The notes under the pieces are model-generated. The model did not search any database, was not told the DNA's origin, and saw only the letters and a program-made list of their open reading frames with translations. Made by a program: the position numbers and the translations under genes. Shown here in pieces: positions 49,269 through 56,982 of a stretch of 64,000 nucleotides of DNA; the stretch's first letter is position 1; each line of letters opens with the position of its first letter. Location of the stretch: NCBI GenBank assembly GCA_963772455.1, contig CAVYXJ010000005.1:83817-147816 (forward strand), written 5' to 3'. Origin of the DNA: Candidatus Bathyarchaeota archaeon. Its GTDB lineage: Archaea > Thermoproteota > Bathyarchaeia > Bathyarchaeales > Bathycorpusculaceae.

Positions 49269-50234
49269 TTAAAAAAGGTCTGGGTAAAGTGCTTTGGCAG
49301 CTGTCTCTATTTGTTCCGCGATCCGTGGTCCTGCTTCAGCGAAGAGGTCTCCGTTTACGACGATTACGTTGTTGTTTTGAATTGCGCTAATTGAGCTCCA
49401 TCCAGGTCTTGCTTTAACTATGTCAACGCTTCCATAGAAGGGTGCTTCATCTGTTTGTGCCATGTTAGTGGGCAGTAATATTACGTCTGGGTTTTTCTGG
49501 ACTATTGTTTCTGAGCTAACGGTAGGATACTGTTGTGTTTCTGCTCCGAAGATGTTTTCTCCTCCAGCCTTAACAATTACGTCGTTTATGAATGAATTAT
49601 TGCCTGCAGACATTAGTGGAGGTGTCCAAACTTCATAGTACACTTTTGGTTTAGGTAAGTTTGCAGCTGCTATTTTGGCTTCAACGGTATCAATTCGGCT
49701 AGTTAGAGAATTCACAAGTGTAGTTGCGTCTTGGTCTGCTCCTGTTGCTTTGCCCACAATAGATATGTCTTTGAATACGCCGTTGACATCGTTGGGATTG
49801 AGCACTAATACTTTGTAACCTAAGTCTCTGAGTGTTACAACGTCTGGATCATTGATTGGTGTGGCTAGAATTAGGTCAGGATTTAGTGAGGCAATTGTTT
49901 CTTTGTTGGGTGTTGAGAAGCCTCCGATACTTGTCATGTTTCCAGCAGCAATCCAAGCGGCGAAGTCATAGGGGTAGTGGTCATAGTCGGTTACAGCAAC
50001 TACTCTTTCGCCTACACCTATGGCGAAGAGGATTTGTGTGTTACTTGGTGCGAGCGAAATAATTCTTTGTGGAACCGAAGCAAAATTGGTTTCATAACCT
50101 TCGTCATCAATTACAGAAAAGTTTTGGGGTCCTGTATTGTTTCCTGCGTTGTAATTGTTGAATATGAAAGCGCCAGAAATGATTATGACGATAATTATTA
50201 TTGCGGAGATATATATTGCATATTTTTTGTTCAT
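49269..50234 (-). CDS. btuF: Cobalamin-binding ABC substrate-binding protein
   Basis: N-terminal membrane anchor, PQRIISLAPSNTQIL, AGG.NIF and GPR; cluster includes cbiZ; start ATG 50234. Confidence 0.85.
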   Translation of the reverse strand: MNKKYAIYISAIIIIVIIISGAFIFNNYNAGNNTGPQNFSVIDDEGYETNFASVPQRIISLAPSNTQILFAIGVGERVVAVTDYDHYPYDFAAWIAAGNMTSIGGFSTPNKETIASLNPDLILATPINDPDVVTLRDLGYKVLVLNPNDVNGVFKDISIVGKATGADQDATTLVNSLTSRIDTVEAKIAAANLPKPKVYYEVWTPPLMSAGNNSFINDVIVKAGGENIFGAETQQYPTVSSETIVQKNPDVILLPTNMAQTDEAPFYGSVDIVKARPGWSSISAIQNNNVIVVNGDLFAEAGPRIAEQIETAAKALYPDLF

Positions 50235-50258
50235 AGTTTCCTTTGAACTCCTATTACC

Positions 50259-50273
50259 TGGATGGATTATCCA
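50259..50273. promoter_or_regulatory. Putative operator between the btuF TATA box and start
   Basis: TGGATG-GAT-TATCCA; minus-strand TTTATATA at 50280-50287. Confidence 0.55.
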
Positions 50274-50476
50274 ACACAGTATATAAAGTTTGACCAAATA
50301 CGACTAAACCACATATTATTTAAAAAAATGACTCCGATTTGAGAACAAATCAGCTGATAGATCACATTCAGTTATGAATAAATCAAAAATTATCTATCTG
50401 AACATAGCATTAAAAAATGAAATGCCTTTTTGACTTGTTGTAGTATTGGTACAGCCACTTAGGTTTAAGAACACAT

Positions 50477-50506
50477 TCGTTAACAATTAGAATAGATTGT
50501 TAACGA
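50477..50506. promoter_or_regulatory. Perfect 11-bp inverted repeat (putative operator) upstream of a Met-rich microprotein
   Basis: TCGTTAACAAT-N8-ATTGTTAACGA just downstream of TTTAAG. Confidence 0.55.
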
Positions 50507-50534
50507 TTTTTTGAGTTCTTTAGGAGGTGGATTT

Positions 50535-50732
50535 ATGGAAACTACAGACAAGAGTGGCAAAGTAAAGTTTACTTTCGAAATGGAGTTGAATCAACCCATA
50601 ATGGAGCTTGTTAAACAAGACATCGACATGATGATGGATCTGGCTTCTCAAGGCGCCGACATTATGAGAAAGAACATGGGTGATAGAAGGAAAGGTCACG
50701 GAATGGGTATGATGATGCATGGTCAAGAGTAA
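50535..50732 (+). CDS. Met/His/Gly-rich small protein (65 aa)
   Basis: Strong SD AGGAGGTG at 50522-50529; ends ...GHGMGMMMHGQE. Confidence 0.7.
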   Translation: METTDKSGKVKFTFEMELNQPIMELVKQDIDMMMDLASQGADIMRKNMGDRRKGHGMGMMMHGQE

Positions 50733-50744
50733 GGATACACACAG

Positions 50745-51521
50745 TTAAAGAAAATCCAAGCTGAACTGTGGTTCATCAGCCACCGAAGCAATAATTTGCT
50801 CGGCAAACTCCTCTTGTTCTTCACTGCCATTGACAGCAATCCAGCATGAACCTTCTGCGCCGCAAACACCGCCCGCGGCAATTAATTCAACTTCAGCACC
50901 CGTTAAAGCCTTCATTGCTTCCAGTTCAGTAAATACTTCTCCTGAGACGGGCAACAATCGGTATCCATCTGTACCTGGCGCATTTAGTTTTTCAGCAATG
51001 CTGTTTAAATCGCCGTTTATTCGTTTCTCTAAACCTATGGGAATTATGAGTTTCACTCGACGTCCCACAATCACTGGCAAAGTTAAGCCTATAGTGCCCG
51101 CTTTTGGATGACCTATTAAAATGGCTGCTTGTTTACGATTTAAATCCAAGGCGTTTGCACCTTTCAAAATAACATCCCCTTCTTTGAGGTCATCAATTAC
51201 ATCAGCGATTGTTTTTCCTTTTTCCCAAACACCTTTTATTAGTACTACATCTCCAGGAAACTTGCTTTCATCAGAAAGTCTTCCTTCGGCTGTCACCGTT
51301 TTGGCTGGAGGGATTGTTATTCCTCGGAAGAAATGTTGCCTTGAGAAATTGTTATCTATTTTGTGTCTTTTCAGAATTTCTTCGGCTACATAACCATTCG
51401 TTGTGCCAGCGATAATAAGAAGAGTTCCATTTTTTAATGCTTTATTTATAGCCGGGTGATTTGCCAAGGTTCTGGCGATTAGCCGTTTACCTGCTTGGGG
51501 TGTAATTAGGAACTGTTTCAT
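50745..51521 (-). CDS. Uncharacterised alpha/beta protein
   Basis: 258-aa ORF with [21 protein letters not shown] and [10 protein letters not shown] motifs; function unknown. Confidence 0.75.
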   Translation of the reverse strand: MKQFLITPQAGKRLIARTLANHPAINKALKNGTLLIIAGTTNGYVAEEILKRHKIDNNFSRQHFFRGITIPPAKTVTAEGRLSDESKFPGDVVLIKGVWEKGKTIADVIDDLKEGDVILKGANALDLNRKQAAILIGHPKAGTIGLTLPVIVGRRVKLIIPIGLEKRINGDLNSIAEKLNAPGTDGYRLLPVSGEVFTELEAMKALTGAEVELIAAGGVCGAEGSCWIAVNGSEEQEEFAEQIIASVADEPQFSLDFL

Positions 51522-51669
51522 TTAGTGATCAACTCTTATTCTATAAATCAGCTATACAGAATAAAAGTATTAATCTTGGCGAATTCAATTTTCATGAAAA
51601 TATGAAGTTTTATCTATTGAATGGAACAGCTTTAAAAGCAAGCACACCATAGATTGGGAGGTTTATAAG

Positions 51670-51948
51670 GTGAGTATTTTGGCTCAAAAAGTTCACGGAA
51701 GAATAACTAATTATCGCACTGGAATTAGAGAACAAACGTCAAATGAGTGCTTAATTGAATTTGAAAATGTAAATTCTGAAGCTCTCGCATGTAAAATAAT
51801 TGGGCAAAAAGTTACTTGGACAAATGGAATCACCAAACTAACTGGAAAAGTTCGAGGGCCACACGGCAAGAATGGAATGGTTAGAGTAAGGTTTGTACGT
51901 GGAGTTCCAGGACAAGCAATCGGCACATTAGTTGAACTGATTAGCTAA
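51670..51948 (+). CDS. rpl35ae: 50S ribosomal protein L35Ae (eL33)
   Basis: GRITNYRTG, GKV.GPHGKNG.VRVRF..GVPGQAIG. Confidence 0.92.
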   Translation: MSILAQKVHGRITNYRTGIREQTSNECLIEFENVNSEALACKIIGQKVTWTNGITKLTGKVRGPHGKNGMVRVRFVRGVPGQAIGTLVELIS

Positions 51949-51995
51949 ATTGTTTTATTTTTTTTAAAAATAATTAATTTTGTTGAAAAAACTGA

Positions 51996-52169
51996 TTATA
52001 GTTCGCCTACGTCTGGACCTTCGTAGACGTATTCGCAAATTTCGATTTTTCCTTCTCTAACTATAACTTGATAGTCTGCTTCACAAATTGGGCAAGCGAC
52101 TATTTCGCCGTCTTTGAGTCCATCTCGTTTGAAGGTGTTTCCACAATCAGTACATTTTAGAATAATAAT
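51996..52169 (-). CDS. LysW-like zinc-ribbon microprotein (57 aa, putative ATT start; not in ORF track)
   Basis: IIILKCTDCGNTFKRDGLKDGEIVACPICEADYQVIVREGKIEICEYVYEGPDVGEL*; AGGAGG SD overlapping the aIF-1A stop. Confidence 0.7.
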   Translation of the reverse strand: MIILKCTDCGNTFKRDGLKDGEIVACPICEADYQVIVREGKIEICEYVYEGPDVGEL

Positions 52170-52178
52170 TTTGGCCTC

Positions 52179-52496
52179 CTATTCCATTTTGAGATAGTTG
52201 TGGCTTCTAAGCCAGTCTGATTGGTTTTTGCGGTAACGCCAGAAAATGTCTCCTCTAGTGTCAGATTGGAAATCCCATGGTGAAACTAAAACAATGTCTC
52301 CCTCGCGAATCCAAACACGCCTTTTTAGTTTACCACGAACTCTGCATAAACGTTCTTTTCCATCTTGGCATTTAACTGTAATTCTTTCGGCGCCAAGCAT
52401 CTTTACCGCCACACCCAATACGTCATTTGAGGAAGGTAGGACCATGCTGTCGAGGCTGCCTTCATTTGTAATTTTTCGTTTACCCATTTTTTTCAC
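52179..52496 (-). CDS. eif1a: Translation initiation factor aIF-1A
   Basis: MLGA.R..V.C.DG.ERLCRVRGKLKRRVWIREGD.VLV.PWDFQ...RGDIFWRY. Confidence 0.95.
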   Translation of the reverse strand: MKKMGKRKITNEGSLDSMVLPSSNDVLGVAVKMLGAERITVKCQDGKERLCRVRGKLKRRVWIREGDIVLVSPWDFQSDTRGDIFWRYRKNQSDWLRSHNYLKME

Positions 52497-52860
52497 CTAT
52501 TTGGCTTATGCCAACATATTAATCAGAATAGTTTTGAGAAAAAGCGTATAAGTGGTCTAACTCTTCCTCTTAAGAATTCTAACCTTACAACAATTAGGGA
52601 TGCTGCAAGTATATTAGGGTAGCTTGCTACAAAATACTTTTTTTTCATAATTTTTCAGATATTTTAGATTTAGAATTCGTTATACGGCTTATTATTTGAA
52701 AATCAGCTAAAATTTTATGTATTTACAGAAAAACGTTTTGTTCATCAATTCCTTTATAAGGATGCAAAAACATTCATGGTTGAAGAGTTTCTGTTATCCT
52801 CTTGGAATAACTAATTGAATAATTGATTCTTTTCAAAAAATAAAAAAGAGGTAAATGAAA

Positions 52861-53004
52861 ATGTGCCAATTAAGAGCTGGTTTAGTTAAGAACTGTCGCA
52901 GGTGCAAATCGAGTATTCGACTCAATTGCCCGATTAAAAAGCAAGTGAAAAAGAAAGATTACACTGATAACAAGAAACGAACCGGATCAGAACAAAAATC
53001 CTAA
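52861..53004 (+). CDS. Putative basic Cys4 microprotein (47 aa; not in ORF track)
   Basis: MCQLRAGLVKNCRRCKSSIRLNCPIKKQVKKKDYTDNKKRTGSEQKS*; GAGGT SD 8 nt upstream. Confidence 0.45.
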   Translation: MCQLRAGLVKNCRRCKSSIRLNCPIKKQVKKKDYTDNKKRTGSEQKS

Positions 53005-53190
53005 TCAGTTCCCTTATAAATACGAGTTTTTTTGCTCGTCCATAAAATTTATTTTTAATGTAATCAATTTTCTTTTAACACAATTACTTTTAGTTAAAAA
53101 TATCCTGGTTTAGAGTAATCAATTTTTCAAAATATAATAAAAATAAAAAAGAAAATTGTTAAGATTTTAAAGATGCTTAGCTTAAAATGC

Positions 53191-53331
53191 TTAGTATCTT
53201 CGTGGTGGTCTTCGTTTTGAGTAGCACTCTCGGCAGTAAACTGGTCTTGTACCGTCTGGCTTAAAAGGAACGTCACATTCTTTTCCGCAGTCAGCGCAAG
53301 TTGCCTTGTGCATCTCTTTGTTATTATACAT
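53191..53331 (-). CDS. CxxC-x17-CxxC domain microprotein (46 aa; not in ORF track)
   Basis: MYNNKEMHKATCADCGKECDVPFKPDGTRPVYCRECYSKRRPPRRY*; AGGAG SD and TTTATAAG TATA upstream. Confidence 0.9.
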   Translation of the reverse strand: MYNNKEMHKATCADCGKECDVPFKPDGTRPVYCRECYSKRRPPRRY

Positions 53332-53683
53332 TCTCTATTTTCAACTCCTACTATTTTGGCTGTGTAAAAGTCTCTTTCACACAGTACCTTTTAACTGTCC
53401 TTCGATGCTTATAAATTGAATGCTTTACCCTTACTGATTTATCATCAAAACTTAATTAAAGACATACTTTCAGAGGAGATTTTTATGATTTTTGCTAGCT
53501 ATCCGATTCGCTAAATAGCACTTAACCGTAATAGGTACTTTAGTCACGAATCTAATCGTCAACCTAATATAGTTAACATAGCATTATTAGGTAAATATTC
53601 GGGCAATTGAGAAAAAGTATGAAATGGCATCCCTGTGAATTCGCTTTTTCTCCTGACTTTGACTATGATTTGAGTGGGATAAT

Positions 53684-54328
53684 TTGAGACAGAAAAAATC
53701 TACATTAGGCGAGCATCTTGCGCTTCTTTCGGTAAAATACAACATTTATCCTAACGAAGTTTTTCAAGCTTTGATTACGGCACGAAGTAACGAAAAAGCA
53801 GTCTGCGGCAACTTAACGGTCGAGTACCGTGGTAAAGTAAAGGGTGAAACAATTTTTCTCATAACCAAAGACAGTGCTGTCGTAGCACAATTCCGTGTTG
53901 GCGAAGAATTCCTTTTGAGGAAAGACAATCCATTTGAAAGTTGGATGAGCACTGATAAAATCCGCAAGAAAATCGCTAAACAAAATACTGAATCAATCTA
54001 CACATCTATCCATGATTTAAGAGCAGGCATGAAACGTGTTAATTTGAAAGCTGAAGTTATTGAGATTCCTAAACCAGCTCAAGTTCACACTCAATTCGGC
54101 AATACAGTAATGGTAGTTAACGCCTTAGTTGGAGATGACACTGGAAAGACCAAACTTTGTCTTTGGGAAGGACAAATAGGGACAATAGCGGTTGGAAACA
54201 ACATTGAATTAAAGAACGCACAAGTATGTGTTTTTAGAGGCGAAAGACAACTGAGACTTGGCAAAAATGGTATTCTAAATGTATTGCCAAACGCCGCTGA
54301 AGCTATCCAAGCGACTGCAGTCAGATAA
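53684..54328 (+). CDS. OB-fold single-stranded nucleic acid-binding protein (crenarchaeal SSB-like) with unknown N-terminal domain
   Basis: C-terminal IHDL..GMKRVNL...VGDDTGK.KL.LW...I..GN.IELKNA...FRGE.QL.LG. Confidence 0.8.
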   Translation: MRQKKSTLGEHLALLSVKYNIYPNEVFQALITARSNEKAVCGNLTVEYRGKVKGETIFLITKDSAVVAQFRVGEEFLLRKDNPFESWMSTDKIRKKIAKQNTESIYTSIHDLRAGMKRVNLKAEVIEIPKPAQVHTQFGNTVMVVNALVGDDTGKTKLCLWEGQIGTIAVGNNIELKNAQVCVFRGERQLRLGKNGILNVLPNAAEAIQATAVR

Positions 54329-54364
54329 AATAATTTTTAAAAAAATTAATACTTTATTTTTAGA

Positions 54365-54571
54365 TTATTTCCAATCAGTTCTTCTTCTGGACCAAGCTTG
54401 CTTTTCGTTAGAATCTGCTGATCCCTTATGTTCGGTACCTTTTGAGGTGCTGTGTTTAGCTAAGCATTCTCTGCAATAGACTGGTTTTCCTGCTGTTGGT
54501 TTGAAGGGTACAGTGGCTGTTTTTCCGCAGTCACTACATTTAATTTCGGTTACATTAGATCTTTGAGACAT
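54365..54571 (-). CDS. CxxC-x17-CxxC domain protein
   Basis: CSDCGKTATVPFKPTAGKPVYCREC; GGAG SD. Confidence 0.88.
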   Translation of the reverse strand: MSQRSNVTEIKCSDCGKTATVPFKPTAGKPVYCRECLAKHSTSKGTEHKGSADSNEKQAWSRRRTDWK

Positions 54572-54890
54572 TAAATTACTCCATACTATTTGAAAATTCG
54601 GAAAAACTTTCCTATTTTTCGAGCATTTAAAGGTAAAAGGTTGACTTAAATGTTTCCATAAAACAAATAAAAGCTGACAAGGATAACTGTTTTTGGATTC
54701 ACAATTTTTAAATTGAAAATAAATTGTACCAAACTCAATACTAAGTTTGTCTAATTCATCCTGAAACGATTTTTGACATTCTTATTTTCTGATGATATAG
54801 TCTTTCTTGTCTTATTCTGGTTTTTAGGAAGACGGTTTTTATAGCTGTCTGAAGTATTTGGTGGGATAAGAGAAGAGGGAATGTAATTAT

Positions 54891-55547
54891 TTGACCCTTA
54901 TAGTTGACGATGCTGGCAGTGGAGATTTGCTTTTCGGCGTGGTAGTCGGCGCCTACCATGAAGAAACAAGCGAATTCAAATACGAATTAATCGACGTTAG
55001 ATTCTACCAGGACATATTTCGCGAAAAAGAATACTTGAAGGAATCCGCTCGTGTTGTATCTGGACTTGTTTCCCGTTTCAACCTCAAATCTGACGAAGCA
55101 ATTCACATTTGTCAAGGCTGCATCTTTGATGTTGCAGCAGAAGATCTGAAAAAAATCTATGGCGAAGACCGCGTTAAACGCGTAAGAGTCTTAGGTGAAG
55201 CTCAAAGACTAGTTGAAATCGCTTATCTAGACGAAATCCGAAACTTAGGCTACGAACCATTAGCAGAACGGGAAGAGAAAAGAGGAAAAAGCTTTTTTCA
55301 TATGATGCGCTGGTTAAAAGATAACCCGGAAATGTTAAAGTATGCAAAGACTGGGTGGCCTCGTTTAAGAAATTACCAAATGTTCAAAAAGTTCCAGTCA
55401 AAGCAAACATCTTTTAATGTTGTCTGCAACGATTGCGGAGTTGAATGTGAAGTTCCCTTTAAACCCAAAGCTAACAAACCAGTATATTGCCGAAAATGCT
55501 GGTCAGCTCATAAACCCCAAAGAAACGGCAAAACAATAATACAATAA
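54891..55547 (+). CDS. Divergent RNase HII-like protein fused to a CxxC-x17-CxxC domain
   Basis: N-terminal IVDDAGSG...VVVGA (compare RNase HII xDEAGRG); C-terminal CNDCGVECEVPFKPKANKPVYCRKC. Confidence 0.65.
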   Translation: MTLIVDDAGSGDLLFGVVVGAYHEETSEFKYELIDVRFYQDIFREKEYLKESARVVSGLVSRFNLKSDEAIHICQGCIFDVAAEDLKKIYGEDRVKRVRVLGEAQRLVEIAYLDEIRNLGYEPLAEREEKRGKSFFHMMRWLKDNPEMLKYAKTGWPRLRNYQMFKKFQSKQTSFNVVCNDCGVECEVPFKPKANKPVYCRKCWSAHKPQRNGKTIIQ

Positions 55548-55554
55548 AAAATGG

Positions 55555-55881
55555 TTGAATAAAAAAATGAATGTAATATTTGATTTTAACTCCAACTGGT
55601 ATGTACTATTATTTGGATTCTTAGCAGCATGGGCTATCTTGTTTATTGTACGACGCAAATGGATTGCAAAACAAGAAGTAAAGCAACAGGTTTTCCTTGC
55701 TTTCGGTGGTATGTGTTCATTAGCCCTTATGGAATTTTTTGCGGTTTCCACAGGACTTTGGAATTATACCCCTGGCAATTGGCCCGTTATTCTATGGCCC
55801 ACGTACTTTGCTGCCATACTTTTCGGTTACCAACTGTTAAGGTCAATCGAAAGTTTAATCCCACACAGACCCATCATCTAA
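55555..55881 (+). CDS. Small membrane protein (about 3 TM helices)
   Basis: Hydrophobic segments with an E.FAVSTGLWNY motif. Confidence 0.65.
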   Translation: MNKKMNVIFDFNSNWYVLLFGFLAAWAILFIVRRKWIAKQEVKQQVFLAFGGMCSLALMEFFAVSTGLWNYTPGNWPVILWPTYFAAILFGYQLLRSIESLIPHRPII

Positions 55882-56160
55882 ATTTTCTTTTTTTAGCTCG
55901 TTTTTAATAAACATTGACAAGCATTGAATGACTAAGCTGTTTACTTAAATGCTATAACTGCCTTGCCGAAAAAGATGACAATAAGTGTGAATGCTACAAT
56001 CATTCTTGATTTGACCAAAATAGCAACCGCTTCTATGGAATGTATTGCTATAAAACATGAACAACTATCTCAGAAAAAGTTAGTGTATATACAAGCATAT
56101 TACATAGCCTTATAAGCCGATTTCGCCGATGCAAGATGCCCTAATAGGAGGCGAAAAAAA

Positions 56161-56286
56161 GTGTTGAGTAGAGATTGCGATGGCTGCACCCTTTTGCACA
56201 TGTGTAGTGAACGTTACAGAAGAGTAAGCAAAGACGAAAAAGTTTACTGTCCAGATGGAACAGCACACCTAGTAGACCAAAATTAA
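56161..56286 (+). CDS. Cys/His-rich microprotein (41 aa; not in ORF track)
   Basis: MLSRDCDGCTLLHMCSERYRRVSKDEKVYCPDGTAHLVDQN*; AGGAGG SD at 56146-56151, CTTATAAG TATA-like at 56109-56116, T-rich tract after the stop. Confidence 0.65.
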   Translation: MLSRDCDGCTLLHMCSERYRRVSKDEKVYCPDGTAHLVDQN

Positions 56287-56372
56287 CCCCTCTTTTCCTA
56301 TTTTGTTTCTGTTTTTTTGGGGCAAATGCTGAAAAGCAAGCATAACCAAATTACTGATTAAATGGTGATTGT

Positions 56373-56903
56373 GTGAACAAAGCCGATTTCTTGACGTGGA
56401 GCCGCAAATACGATAAAGCGTTTGGTTGGCAAGCGCAGCGGGAGCGGGAACTCGGAGCGAAATTTCGTAAGAATAAATCGTTATCAGTTGCTGATTTAGA
56501 AGCGGTTGTTGATTGGAAATTTAGAGATGATTCTGAAAAGAAGACACGCACTTTAGCTTTGGTCACCCGAAATTCCGAAGCAACTGTTAATCGATTGTCA
56601 AGTCAGGCGCTTAGCATTCCAAGTTGCGAAGATAGTTATAGGATGAACTGCATAACGCTGCTTGAGGGTGTTACTCCAGTCTTAGCAAGCGTTATTCTTT
56701 CCTTCTTTGATCCCAAACAGTATTGTATATTGGAAGCCCATACCTGGAAAGCATTACTTGGTAATCCGCCTGCAAATATGCTATCAACTCTAAATTATCT
56801 AAAACTGCTTGACGCTATTAGAAAAACTGCAGCTAGACAAAAGCTAGATGTAAGAGTAATTGATAAAGCCCTTTTCAAGAAAGGTTTTGATGAAGCAAAA
56901 TAA
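56373..56903 (+). CDS. Hypothetical protein with HhH-like motif (DNA glycosylase-like fold possible)
   Basis: VVDWKF, LEGVTPVLASVIL and IDKALF; GGTGA SD. Confidence 0.6.
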   Translation: MNKADFLTWSRKYDKAFGWQAQRERELGAKFRKNKSLSVADLEAVVDWKFRDDSEKKTRTLALVTRNSEATVNRLSSQALSIPSCEDSYRMNCITLLEGVTPVLASVILSFFDPKQYCILEAHTWKALLGNPPANMLSTLNYLKLLDAIRKTAARQKLDVRVIDKALFKKGFDEAK

Positions 56904-56982
56904 GTAAATCATAAATTCTTAAAACTATTTTTTCATTTTTTATGTTCTTTGTTTAGAATTTTTTCTTAAACAATGATTAAGT

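Noticed and set aside
50235-50460. Possible cobalamin riboswitch upstream of btuF (also checked upstream of cobD and cbiZ)
   Set aside because: The TATA box is about 45 nt from the start, leaving no room, and no B12-box or GC-rich structure is visible.
52176-52181. Pyrrolysine readthrough of the aIF-1A UAG as the main explanation of the downstream ORF
   Set aside because: aIF-1A ends at its normal length, a strong SD overlaps the stop, and no pyl genes are in the window. Kept only as an alternative.
55943-56020. 25-codon hydrophobic minus-strand ORF (MVKSRMIVAFTLIVIFFGKAVIAFK)
   Set aside because: Too short, with only a weak SD; cannot be distinguished from chance.
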